From contig JAQTSY010000005.1 of NCBI GenBank assembly GCA_028711065.1, forward strand, positions 7,656-71,655: DNA of 64,000 bases, read 5' to 3'. The number at the start of each line of letters is the position of its first letter. Position 1 is the stretch's first letter. This document shows, in pieces, positions 48,037 through 56,374 of this stretch. Source of the DNA: Minisyncoccota bacterium. Lineage in GTDB: Bacteria > Patescibacteriota > Minisyncoccia > Phycocordibacterales > JAQTLZ01. Below the pieces are notes generated by a model. It saw nothing but the letters and a program-made list of their open reading frames with translations. It had not been told where the DNA came from and did not search any database. A program made the position numbers and the translations under genes.

Positions 48037-49095
48037 TTATTTTGCCCAGTTAATGAGTAATTGATTAAAATCCAAAATATCTACGGCACCGTCGAGGTTA
48101 AAATCTGCAGGATTTCCCTTCCCTTTCTTACCCCAATTTACTAGAAGAAGATTGAAGTCGAGGATGTTGTATGTATGCGCACCCAAAACTTTTCCTGAAC
48201 CGCCAGAAGAACCACCGCTGGCTGCATGATGAGTCGGCGTCGGAGATGGAGTCGCTTCGGGAGTAGGTGAAGGCGTTGGAGTCGGCGTAATTTCTGGGGT
48301 TGGACTTGGTGTCGGCGTTACTTCAGGAGTCGGCGAAGGTGTGGGTGTAACTTCCGGTGTTGGAGAAGGAGTTGGTTCTGGCGTGACAGTCGGTGTAGGA
48401 GTTGGTGTCACTTCAGGCGTTGGTGTTGAAGCTGGAGCGGGATCATCTAAAGTAATGGTACAAGTTTTTGTCTCATCTTTGATGAAAGTCCCTGTACAAT
48501 CTTCCGAAAAACTTTTTACATAGCCATGAGCATCTACGACATCGATCGTATAGCTCCCCGGATGAATTTGAAAAAGTTGTCCGGGATCCTCTTTCCCTGC
48601 CGCATTGCCACTGGTTACAGAATCCGTCGATCTGGTCTGAAAGCTAGGAGCAGTAAGCGTACCGGAATCATCATTAACAACATGAGTAATAACATGAAGC
48701 TTTCCACTGCAAGGAGTAGAATTGCTAGAGTAATCGGTTACGTATGAATCATCGGAACCGTGTTCAAGAATTGCCGTCGCTATGCAACCAACGACATATT
48801 TATCCGGAGTAGTAGAGAGAAATCGAAAATCATTTGCTCCAGAAGAGAGAGGAAGAAAGTTAGGATGAATAATAACATCTGGTTCACTAGTATGGAGGAC
48901 GATACGAACTCTGTAGGTACTGATATCAGCAGATGCTGTCAAAAATCCTGAAACAGATATGGCGATAGGGTCAGTGCCTGCTGTGCTCGAAGTGATAAAG
49001 ACTCTCGGTAGGAGAGCTGCTGCTCCTGCAGTATGAGCAAAAGCGAACACTCCTAGAATAAGAAGACCTGCTGAAATCAATTTGTAACTTTTCAT
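48037..49095 (-). CDS. Secreted protein with a Pro/Thr-rich linker and C-terminal dockerin-like repeats
   Basis: Signal peptide, then a ([14 protein letters not shown])n linker, then C-terminal ...[13 protein letters not shown]...[23 protein letters not shown], which looks like two dockerin type I Ca-binding segments. Confidence 0.5.
   Translation of the reverse strand: MKSYKLISAGLLILGVFAFAHTAGAAALLPRVFITSSTAGTDPIAISVSGFLTASADISTYRVRIVLHTSEPDVIIHPNFLPLSSGANDFRFLSTTPDKYVVGCIATAILEHGSDDSYVTDYSSNSTPCSGKLHVITHVVNDDSGTLTAPSFQTRSTDSVTSGNAAGKEDPGQLFQIHPGSYTIDVVDAHGYVKSFSEDCTGTFIKDETKTCTITLDDPAPASTPTPEVTPTPTPTVTPEPTPSPTPEVTPTPSPTPEVTPTPSPTPEITPTPTPSPTPEATPSPTPTHHAASGGSSGGSGKVLGAHTYNILDFNLLLVNWGKKGKGNPADFNLDGAVDILDFNQLLINWAK
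48235..48440. repeat. Imperfect tandem DNA repeats (about 24 nt unit) encoding the PT-linker
   Basis: Reiterated GGTGTCGGCGTTACTTCAGGAGTCGGCGAAGG-type units, corresponding to [12 protein letters not shown] on the coding strand. Confidence 0.5.
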
Positions 49096-49240
49096 AATTT
49101 CGATTAAATAGTAATAAAAGGCATTAAAAAAGGCTCTAAAGAGCCATAAAAACAGATTCGTGTCTAACGGTACTACTATACACTAACAAATATGAAAAGT
49201 CAACTAATTCTCTGGATGAGAAACTAGGCTGTTTTGAACG

Positions 49241-50416
49241 CTATCCGCACGAAGAAATTATTTTTCTGTAGTACTCCTCATACTGCGCGACGATTTTTTC
49301 AGAACAAAAGTTTGATCGGGCCCGTTCTTTTGCATTTTCTCCAATTTTTTTCACGAGAGATTCATCATAGGAAAGTTCCAGAAGCTTTTTTGCAAAATCA
49401 TCTACCTTCCCCACTCCAAATAAATACCCCGTTTTGCCGTCTTGCAGAACTTCTGAAATTCCTCCGGCATTTGTTGCGAGCACTGGCTTACCATATGACA
49501 TCGTTTCAAGAATTCCCATTCCAAAACTTTCTGTTTCAGAAGTATAGATGCCGATGTCAGCGGCATTAATATAATTTTCGATATCTAGAACATTTCGTTT
49601 TATAATTATTTGGTCGCCTATACCTAACTCCTCAACAAGAGGCTTAAAGGGAGCAAAGTCCGCCCCCGCGAGAATTAAAAGCTTTATTTTCTTATTTTCT
49701 TTGACCTTTCCGAGAATCGCCAAAAGATCCGGAATTCTTTTCACTTTGCGCAAATTAGAAAGATGGATCGCTAGGAAATCTGTATCCGCCACACCAATCT
49801 CTTTTCTTACTTCTTCAGCACTTTTTGCGACAGGTTTCGGAGTATAGAAATTATGAATAACCTCGATATGTTTCTTGGTATCAAGATTTTTTATCGTATC
49901 TTTTTTTAAACTTTCTGAAACTGCCGTAACCCCGCATGAACTTTCAATGGAATATTTGATAACCGGCATCACCGTTTTATCCCGCGCGAGAAGGGTAATA
50001 TCAGTACCGTGAAGGGTCGTGATTATGTTTGGAAAAGGAATTTTTTCTTCATCCGCAATATCTTTTGCCAGAAGTGCGGCGGTAGCATGAGGCACAGCAT
50101 AATGCACGTGTAAAATATCGAGCTTGAATTCTTTGCAGACATCCACAATTCGGACCGCGAGCGGGAGGGTGTAATCGGGGTATTTGAAAAGCTCGTAGCC
50201 GTTGAAATCGACTTTATGGAAAAAAATATTCGGTAATTTCCTATCGAGCGCGAAGGGCGGATCATAGCTTAAAAAATGGACCTCGTGTCCCCTCTTCGCA
50301 AGTTCGCTCCCGAGTCCAGTCGCGACAATCCCGCTCCCACCAACAGATGGGTAGCAGACGATTCCTATTTTAAGAGACTTTCCCGTCCCCTTTTTCGAAG
50401 TAGTAAAAAATCCCAT
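49241..50416 (-). CDS. bshA: GT4 glycosyltransferase of the BshA type (N-acetyl-alpha-D-glucosaminyl L-malate synthase-like)
   Basis: KIGIVCYPSVGGSGIVATGLGSELAKRGHEVHF, LDILHVHYAVPHA, TTLHGTDITLLA, HLSNLRKVKRI and EKIVAQYEEYY are very close to the conserved blocks of Bacillus BshA. The start is set at MGFFTTSKK. Confidence 0.8.
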   Translation of the reverse strand: MGFFTTSKKGTGKSLKIGIVCYPSVGGSGIVATGLGSELAKRGHEVHFLSYDPPFALDRKLPNIFFHKVDFNGYELFKYPDYTLPLAVRIVDVCKEFKLDILHVHYAVPHATAALLAKDIADEEKIPFPNIITTLHGTDITLLARDKTVMPVIKYSIESSCGVTAVSESLKKDTIKNLDTKKHIEVIHNFYTPKPVAKSAEEVRKEIGVADTDFLAIHLSNLRKVKRIPDLLAILGKVKENKKIKLLILAGADFAPFKPLVEELGIGDQIIIKRNVLDIENYINAADIGIYTSETESFGMGILETMSYGKPVLATNAGGISEVLQDGKTGYLFGVGKVDDFAKKLLELSYDESLVKKIGENAKERARSNFCSEKIVAQYEEYYRKIISSCG

Positions 50417-50417
50417 T

Positions 50418-51116
50418 TTAATAATTTCTCGCGGAAGATCCCAATTGAGAAAGAGTATCGGCTCGAATAGCATCATTGACCCAAAGCACTGTTGCATATT
50501 TCACATCAATCGAGGCGCCATAGGCTTTTGCCCGGCTCTCGATCATATTCACATAATTTTTCGTCTTCATTTGGCTTTCATGAACTGCGACAGCTTTCAT
50601 CCATGTATCATACTGCGCCGAGACATCGATAATGATATCGGGTTTTTTCTCAAATCCATGACTTGATGGATAGAAGTAAAGACTTTCGATAGAATGCGAA
50701 GGAAGTTTTTTTAATTCTTCTAATCCGCCGTAGCGGGCGAGACGAGATGCAGAGCGAGCCATTTGAGAGAGAGCATAATGATCTGGATGCTGATTCTCGA
50801 AATAAGAAGTTGAAAGAACAATGTTTGGTTTGTATTCGCGGATGATCTTTGCGAGTTTGAAAGCGTTTTTGGGAGTGTTTTCCATATGTGAATCTCCCCC
50901 TAAAGATATGAATTCTATTTCGGCACCAATGATTTTCGCTGCCATTTCTGCCTCTTTCTGGCGGCCTTCCGAAGTCCCATTCGTCCCCGCTTCCCCAAGT
51001 GAGCAGACAACAATTTTCACCTGCGAACCTGCTTCAATCTCTTTGATAAGGAGGCCTGCGCAGCCAAATTCGACATCGTCTGGGTGAGCACCAAATGCAA
51101 GGATTTTTTTAGACAT
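50418..51116 (-). CDS. bshB: LmbE/PIG-L-family N-acetylglucosaminyl deacetylase (BshB-like)
   Basis: ILAFGAHPDDVEFGCAG zinc-binding motif and HPDHYA. Its stop abuts the bshA start. Confidence 0.7.
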   Translation of the reverse strand: MSKKILAFGAHPDDVEFGCAGLLIKEIEAGSQVKIVVCSLGEAGTNGTSEGRQKEAEMAAKIIGAEIEFISLGGDSHMENTPKNAFKLAKIIREYKPNIVLSTSYFENQHPDHYALSQMARSASRLARYGGLEELKKLPSHSIESLYFYPSSHGFEKKPDIIIDVSAQYDTWMKAVAVHESQMKTKNYVNMIESRAKAYGASIDVKYATVLWVNDAIRADTLSQLGSSARNY

Positions 51117-51149
51117 ACAATTTAATGGCAATCTCTATTAATAAGTTTA

Positions 51150-51923
51150 CTACACTTCACCAATATAGGCATACTCGCTTTTTTCTATTTCCTGTCGATC
51201 TACAAAAACGACTTCTGGAAAATCTGATTTTTTAAGATATGCGCCTTCTCCTGCTCCAGAAATATAATGTGTGCTGTGAATCACTGATTGCATCCAGGCA
51301 AAGCGCTCATCACGTCCTGGATTTTTCTGCCATTTTTCGATTTTTGCAGGCGCAGGAATTGTAAAATATTTTCCTCCGCCTTCATGGAGCCGAAAGTCCC
51401 CCTCATGCATTTCAGCGCGAACAATTTCTCCTTCGTATGGGATATCGGCAAAAAACTCTGATAACTCTGACGCTTTCGTTCGGAAATCTTTATCGGATGA
51501 GCGCATGACTTCAATTCCCTCGAGAAGTCCCATTCGTGTATACATATCGAGACAGAAATCTGCAGCATTGTCTCCAGCGGCACCCGCGAAAATATCTATC
51601 ATTTTTTTGCCGACAAAACGGGGCAATTTTCGTAAAGTTTCTTCTTTCCAACCGACAGGAATCTTTTTGAGATACAACGGAGAATATTTCTTTTGAATTT
51701 TGTTCTCTTGGGTGAAATTCAATCGCCCTTCCTCCTTCGTTTTCAAATCTTCAAGGATAGTGATTGTTTCCCGATAATCAGCGTCACTGTCGTGATAGAA
51801 AAAGACAATTCTCCCTCCGATCTCTTTTTGTAATTTCCGAGCAGTCTGGATTTTGGCATAGAGAAAACGCTTGGGGAAAATCCCGCAGGGTTGCTGGCCG
51901 AAGGCTATGATTGGTGTGGACAT
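51150..51923 (-). CDS. Hypothetical protein with resemblance to the N-terminal domain of BshC (bacillithiol cysteine-adding enzyme)
   Basis: IIAFGQQPCGIFPKRF resembles BshC VVGGQQAGLLTGPLY, and IVFFYHDSDADYRE resembles BshC IPIFWVAGEDHDLDE. At 257 aa it is about half the length of BshC. The BshC call is weak. Confidence 0.4.
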   Translation of the reverse strand: MSTPIIAFGQQPCGIFPKRFLYAKIQTARKLQKEIGGRIVFFYHDSDADYRETITILEDLKTKEEGRLNFTQENKIQKKYSPLYLKKIPVGWKEETLRKLPRFVGKKMIDIFAGAAGDNAADFCLDMYTRMGLLEGIEVMRSSDKDFRTKASELSEFFADIPYEGEIVRAEMHEGDFRLHEGGGKYFTIPAPAKIEKWQKNPGRDERFAWMQSVIHSTHYISGAGEGAYLKKSDFPEVVFVDRQEIEKSEYAYIGEV

Positions 51924-51926
51924 ACA

Positions 51927-52745
51927 TTATTTCTTAATAAGAGCGGATTCGCTAAAACCATGAGTCCAATAAACCTTTGAATAGAGTTTTGTATAGTCCG
52001 TCAATTCTCTTATAAGCCTCTTCCTTCTTTCTCGACTCACTTTTCCAAGCAGTAAAGCCGTTTCGGAAGGAGAAAGAGAAAGGATAAGCGATAAGAGGCG
52101 GGAGGTGATGATGTTATCTTTATTATTCATTAATTGCACAAGATACTTTATTCCTTTCTGTTTATATTGATACGCGGTAATTTCTTTCTCGATATTATTT
52201 TCAAGCTTCAGGTAAACAAATAAAGAAAGAGATTTTGGCTTCTTTCCAAGAAGCAACTTGCTAGACATTTTCAGGGCAGAGCCAGTCGCAGAAATGTCGT
52301 CTATAAGAATAATTCTCTTGTTTCGAACGCGAGGCCCGTAATAATGAAGTTTCTTTTCTAAAATCTTTCTCTTTGCAGTTGGCGAAAGGTCGTAATAAGA
52401 AGTGTTTCCAAAATAAATATTTTCTAGTACAATTTCCCCTTTTTGCATTTGTAAGATCCTTGCAATGGAATTGACCAAAGATACGGCAACGCTTGTTTGA
52501 GTCGTGGCAGGATGATTGATGATAATATAATCTTTTCTATTCTTACGGAAATCCTTTGGCAGAGTTGACGAAATAGCTTTGGCCATTTCTCGAGCACACT
52601 TTTCCACTGCATGGACGTCCCCGAGCTTAAGGGCGGAGAGGAAAAGAAAAAAATCTTTATCCAAGCGAAGATCCCTTCGAGAACATTTTCTTAATGCTGT
52701 GATTGGATATTTTTTGCCTTCGATACGAATGTTACTCGGTGACAT
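51927..52745 (-). CDS. Phosphoribosyltransferase-domain protein (type I PRTase/ComF-like)
   Basis: RIILIDDISATGSALK PRPP-binding motif. It is the first gene of the 4-gene operon. Confidence 0.55.
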   Translation of the reverse strand: MSPSNIRIEGKKYPITALRKCSRRDLRLDKDFFLFLSALKLGDVHAVEKCAREMAKAISSTLPKDFRKNRKDYIIINHPATTQTSVAVSLVNSIARILQMQKGEIVLENIYFGNTSYYDLSPTAKRKILEKKLHYYGPRVRNKRIILIDDISATGSALKMSSKLLLGKKPKSLSLFVYLKLENNIEKEITAYQYKQKGIKYLVQLMNNKDNIITSRLLSLILSLSPSETALLLGKVSRERRKRLIRELTDYTKLYSKVYWTHGFSESALIKK

Positions 52746-52855
52746 GATTCTTTGCGGGTCAGGGAGTGTCGGTCGTTACACGACCAGTATCCCGATTCGT
52801 TTTTTCTTTCAGAAAAAAGCTGAATCGGGCTTCGAGTCCCTGGGCCAGGAAACTC

Positions 52856-52919
52856 TTTCCCTACGGGAACAGTATCCCCGATGGATTTTTTAGACGCGCT
52901 CACGCGCTTTAAAAAATAC
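52856..52919 (-). repeat. Copy 1 of a conserved structured repeat module (candidate ncRNA or miniature mobile-element end), downstream of tRNA-Gln
   Basis: Minus strand reads GCCCCGATGAGTA-[TTTTTTAAAGCGCG-TGA-GCGCGTCTAAAAAA]-TCCATCGGGGATACTGTTCCCGTAGGGAAA. The 30-nt 3' block is identical to 61674-61703. It is flanked by antisense copies of a tRNA T-arm (GGGACTCGAAGCCCC). Confidence 0.45.
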
Positions 52920-52991
52920 TCATCGGGGCTTCGAGTCCCTGCCGAAGTAACCCCCGTTACTTCGGGCAGAAAATTTCCTTCGGAAATTTTG

Positions 52992-53062
52992 CTGCGGGTC
53001 AGGGACTCGAACCCCAATAACATCCTCCAGAGGGATGTGTCCTACCATTAGACGAACCCGCA
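52992..53062 (-). tRNA. tRNA-Gln (anticodon CTG)
   Basis: Manual cloverleaf: acceptor TGCGGGT/ACCCGCA (U1-A72, G73, as in bacterial tRNA-Gln), D-arm GTCT-AATGGTA-GGAC, anticodon stem CATCC/GGATG with loop CTCTGGA, T-arm TGGGG-TTCGAGT-CCCTG. No encoded CCA. Confidence 0.75.
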
Positions 53063-53083
53063 ATATTATAAATTCTCTAAAAT

Positions 53084-53139
53084 TGTCCTACCATTAGCCT
53101 GCCCGCGGACGGGCTTTGCCGGCCAGGGACGAACCCGCA
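53084..53139 (-). pseudogene. Partial duplicate of the 5' 25 nt of tRNA-Gln, interrupted by a 31-nt palindromic insert
   Basis: Minus strand: TTGCGGGTTCGTC + CCTGGCCGGCAAAGCCCGTCCGCGGGCAGGC + TAATGGTAGGACA. Compare the tRNA: TGCGGGTTCGTCTAATGGTAGGACA. Confidence 0.45.
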
Positions 53140-53283
53140 ATTCAATTACAGAAACAGAACTAAGCCCATAATACTAAACCAGCTTATACGAAAAATGACG
53201 AAAAATCCAATCCGCTCAAATAAAAACATGTAATCGAGTAAACCCGACTGCACGCTCATTTCCCAGAAGATGATTCTGTTCAC

Positions 53284-53655
53284 CTAAACGGCAACGCTCT
53301 CCCACCTCGAACGCTTGTTCTTCGAACCCGGCGGCCGTCCGCGGCGCGGCTTCGCCGGAAGCACAGGGGCCGAGGTTTCTTCCACGACTGCAGGAGCCGG
53401 CTCTTCCGAAACCGTAGCAGACGAAGTTTCCGGCACACTTGCACCCGAATCTTCAACCACAGTGACCTCCGAATCTGTAGCCGATGCGGTCGGCGAATCC
53501 GGAACTCCAAGAACCGCTCCCCGCCTGCCCTGAATAGAGCAACGCCCCTTTGCGTGGCGATTGCCCCCAGATGCCACGGGTTTGCGGCACAAATCACATG
53601 TACCGTTTGCCAATTGACCCTCCCTCTTGAAATGCGCTCCCATGATTAGGAGCAA
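53284..53655 (-). CDS. Small GC-rich ORF: Cys-containing N-terminus, acidic Ser/Thr/Glu-rich middle, C-terminal AT-hook (PRRGRPPGSKNK), hypothetical
   Basis: The DNA is far GC-richer than its surroundings. All frames are open here, so the coding call is uncertain. The RGRP AT-hook motif favours this frame. Confidence 0.3.
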   Translation of the reverse strand: MLLIMGAHFKREGQLANGTCDLCRKPVASGGNRHAKGRCSIQGRRGAVLGVPDSPTASATDSEVTVVEDSGASVPETSSATVSEEPAPAVVEETSAPVLPAKPRRGRPPGSKNKRSRWESVAV

Positions 53656-53733
53656 GAACCCCTCGTCTCCGGATCGCCAGAGACAGTAAAATCAAGCCAC
53701 TTTATAGCAAATTTTGAGAAAAATGTCGATGCA

Positions 53734-53759
53734 ATAAAACTGGCCGGGGCCAGTTTTAT
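53734..53759 (-). terminator. Perfect 12-bp-stem hairpin (bidirectional terminator) just downstream of pyrG
   Basis: ATAAAACTGGCC-GG-GGCCAGTTTTAT, followed on the plus strand by TGTTTTTATTTTTT. The pyrG stop codon is at 53765. Confidence 0.55.
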
Positions 53760-53764
53760 TGTTT

Positions 53765-55414
53765 TTATTTTTTGGTCTTAAGACACGCTGTGATAAACGC
53801 TGAGAACAGAGGATGCGGAGACAGGGGCCGTGCGAGAAATTCCGGATGGAACTGCGTTCCAAGAAAGAATGGATGCACTGACTCCGGGAGCTCTGCGATT
53901 TCCATAAGTTTTCCTGACGGAGACATACCTGAGAAAACAAGACCTTGTTCTTCGATTTGCGTTATGAATTCAGGATTCACTTCGTAGCGATGACGATGCC
54001 GTTCGCTTATTTTTGCCTTTCCATACGCTTTCATTGCAACAGTGCCTTTTTTTAAATGTGCTGGATAAGAACCCAAGCGCATCGAACCTCCATAATTCCC
54101 ATTCGCGAGAAGGACTTTTTGGTCAGACATAATATCAATAACAGGATATTTTGTTTTTGGATTGATTTCTGTAGTATTCGCATCTTTGAGTCCGACAACA
54201 TTTCGAGCGAATTCCACGACCGCAAGCTGCATCCCGTAACAAAGTCCGAAATATGGAATGCCTTTTTCACGAGCAAAGCGGATAGTTTCGATGACCCCTT
54301 CGATACCGGAAGAACCGAAGCCTCCGGGAACGATAATGCCGTCGTACGCTTCCAATGCTTCAATTTTTAATTTCCCTGTTTCAAAATCTTTCGAATTTAT
54401 CCATGTGAGATTTGCTTTCGCATTCTGCCAATACGCGGAAAACTTCACTGCTTCAATAACAGAAATATACGCGTCAGAAAGAAAGAAATCTCCTGTATCA
54501 AAATATTTCCCAACGACCGCAATATTCAAAGTTGAAGTGCCATTTTTGGTCTTAGCAACGAATTTCTTCCAATCTTTGAGAACGTCTCCTTTCTTCGGCG
54601 CCGTTAGACCGAGATTTTTAAGAATGATCTCTCCGATTTTATCTTTTTCAAAATTGACCGGAACATCATAGACGCTATCAACGTCGGGAGCCGAAATAAC
54701 ATTTTCCTCTGAAATACTGCACCAAATCGCTATCTTTTGCTTTCTCTTTTGATCAAGCGGAATATGGCTTCGCGCAATGATCATGTCCGGCTGAACTCCG
54801 TAGGAATTGAGCTGATGAACAGCATTTTGCGTTGGACGCGTTTTCATCTCGCCGAGTTTTGAAGGGACAGGAAGGTAACTCACCAAAATAAAGAAAACGT
54901 CATGAGGATTTCTAATCTTCAATGTTCGAGCCGCTTCGATGAAAAGAATGTTCTGGTAATCCCCAACCGTTCCGCCGATCTCAATGAGAGAGATATCTGA
55001 TTTATTCACTTTCGCCGAACGAACAATTCTTTCCTTGATTTCATTGGTGATATGCGGAATTGCTTCGACAAATTTACCGCCATAACCCAAGCTACGCTCA
55101 CGGTCGATCACGGTCTTGTAAACCATCCCGCTTGTCATGTAATCCTCAGGGGTCAGATCTTTTTCCATGAAGCGTTCGTAATTTCCCATATCCTGATCGG
55201 TCTCAAGGCCTGAATTTAAAACGAAAACCTCACCGTGTTCAGTGGGGTTCATAGTACCAGCATCGACGTTCAAATACGGATCGATTTTGATGGGATTTAC
55301 ATTGAAGCCTTTGGCTTCAAGAATCCGGCCGATAGAAGATGTGGCAATCCCCTTTCCTACTCCGGACATAACCCCACCTATCACAAATACGTATTTGTGG
55401 TTTTGTTTTTTCAT
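53765..55414 (-). CDS. pyrG: CTP synthase
   Basis: N-terminal YVFVIGGVMSGVGKGIATSS, a C-terminal glutamine amidotransferase domain (GLCYGMQ), 549 aa. Confidence 0.95.
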   Translation of the reverse strand: MKKQNHKYVFVIGGVMSGVGKGIATSSIGRILEAKGFNVNPIKIDPYLNVDAGTMNPTEHGEVFVLNSGLETDQDMGNYERFMEKDLTPEDYMTSGMVYKTVIDRERSLGYGGKFVEAIPHITNEIKERIVRSAKVNKSDISLIEIGGTVGDYQNILFIEAARTLKIRNPHDVFFILVSYLPVPSKLGEMKTRPTQNAVHQLNSYGVQPDMIIARSHIPLDQKRKQKIAIWCSISEENVISAPDVDSVYDVPVNFEKDKIGEIILKNLGLTAPKKGDVLKDWKKFVAKTKNGTSTLNIAVVGKYFDTGDFFLSDAYISVIEAVKFSAYWQNAKANLTWINSKDFETGKLKIEALEAYDGIIVPGGFGSSGIEGVIETIRFAREKGIPYFGLCYGMQLAVVEFARNVVGLKDANTTEINPKTKYPVIDIMSDQKVLLANGNYGGSMRLGSYPAHLKKGTVAMKAYGKAKISERHRHRYEVNPEFITQIEEQGLVFSGMSPSGKLMEIAELPESVHPFFLGTQFHPEFLARPLSPHPLFSAFITACLKTKK

Positions 55415-55424
55415 ATAAATTCGA

Positions 55425-56351
55425 TTAAATTTTCAAATACTTCCTCGTTGCTAAAAAACTTGATACTGCACTAATGAAAATCCCTGACAGCGTAATGATA
55501 AGGAAAATCTGTAAAAAATTCGCTTTATAGTAATCAAAAATATTGATTCCCGTAAAGAAATTCTCTGTCTTCGGCCCAAGCCAAAACGTAATCGGATAAA
55601 AAAGAACAAGGGTAACCAGCGCGGAGATAAGTCCGTAGAAAATTCCCGTAACAACGAACGGTCCCCGGATGTAGCGGTTGCTTGCACCCACAAGCCTCAT
55701 CACGGAAATCTCTTCGCGAGCAGTATAGATTGCCAAGCGAATAGTGTTGAATGTGATAAGCACCGATATAATAACTAAAATAATCGTAAGAGTAAACCCA
55801 AGCTTCTGCCCGGCCTGGATAATGCGGGTAAGCCTATCGATAGCGATTTTATTTTGAAGATAATTTACTTTATCAATAATGGTGTTTCCATCACTTGAAA
55901 GAGCGTTTTTTCCATTAAGGAACGTTGCAATGCCTTCATATTGAGAAGGATCTTTGGCCTTAATATTCAACACTGCACCAAGCGGATTGTCCCCAAGCTC
56001 GTCGAGTGCTTGAAGAGTCAGCTGATCTGTTTGATGTTTCGCTTTGAAATTGGCGAGAGCCTGATCTCGAGAAATGTAATCAATGTGGGCAACTTCCGGC
56101 AAAGCTTCGAGCGTCTTTTTGAGAGAAAGAATGTCGTCTTCGCTCGCCGTTGTTACAAGATAAACATTAATATCAACTTTATTTTGAATCTGAGTGAGAG
56201 TTGATGAAAGGGTTGCAGAAGCGAAAATAAGAGAACCGATTACAAACAAGGTCACGATGAGAACTAGAACCGAAGCGAGAGAAACAAAACCATTTCTCCA
56301 GAAACTGGTGAACCCCGCTCGAAATACTCTCTTTATTTTTGTCCAAATCAT
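55425..56351 (-). CDS. ftsX: Cell-division ABC transporter permease FtsX
   Basis: N-terminal TM, periplasmic domain, C-terminal 3-TM FtsX bundle. It sits immediately downstream of ftsE. Confidence 0.85.
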   Translation of the reverse strand: MIWTKIKRVFRAGFTSFWRNGFVSLASVLVLIVTLFVIGSLIFASATLSSTLTQIQNKVDINVYLVTTASEDDILSLKKTLEALPEVAHIDYISRDQALANFKAKHQTDQLTLQALDELGDNPLGAVLNIKAKDPSQYEGIATFLNGKNALSSDGNTIIDKVNYLQNKIAIDRLTRIIQAGQKLGFTLTIILVIISVLITFNTIRLAIYTAREEISVMRLVGASNRYIRGPFVVTGIFYGLISALVTLVLFYPITFWLGPKTENFFTGINIFDYYKANFLQIFLIITLSGIFISAVSSFLATRKYLKI

Positions 56352-56374
56352 GAATGATTTTTTATATAGTAAAT

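Noticed and set aside
52746-53280. CRISPR array suspected because of many short repeated GC hairpins.
   Set aside because: The repeats are not regularly spaced direct repeats of a single unit. They are tRNA-derived fragments and inverted copies. No cas genes are nearby.
53280-53597. Additional overlapping ORFs (105 aa on minus, 72 aa on plus) inside the GC-rich islet.
   Set aside because: GC-rich DNA is open in most frames. Only the frame ending in the AT-hook has any recognisable feature, and even that call is weak.
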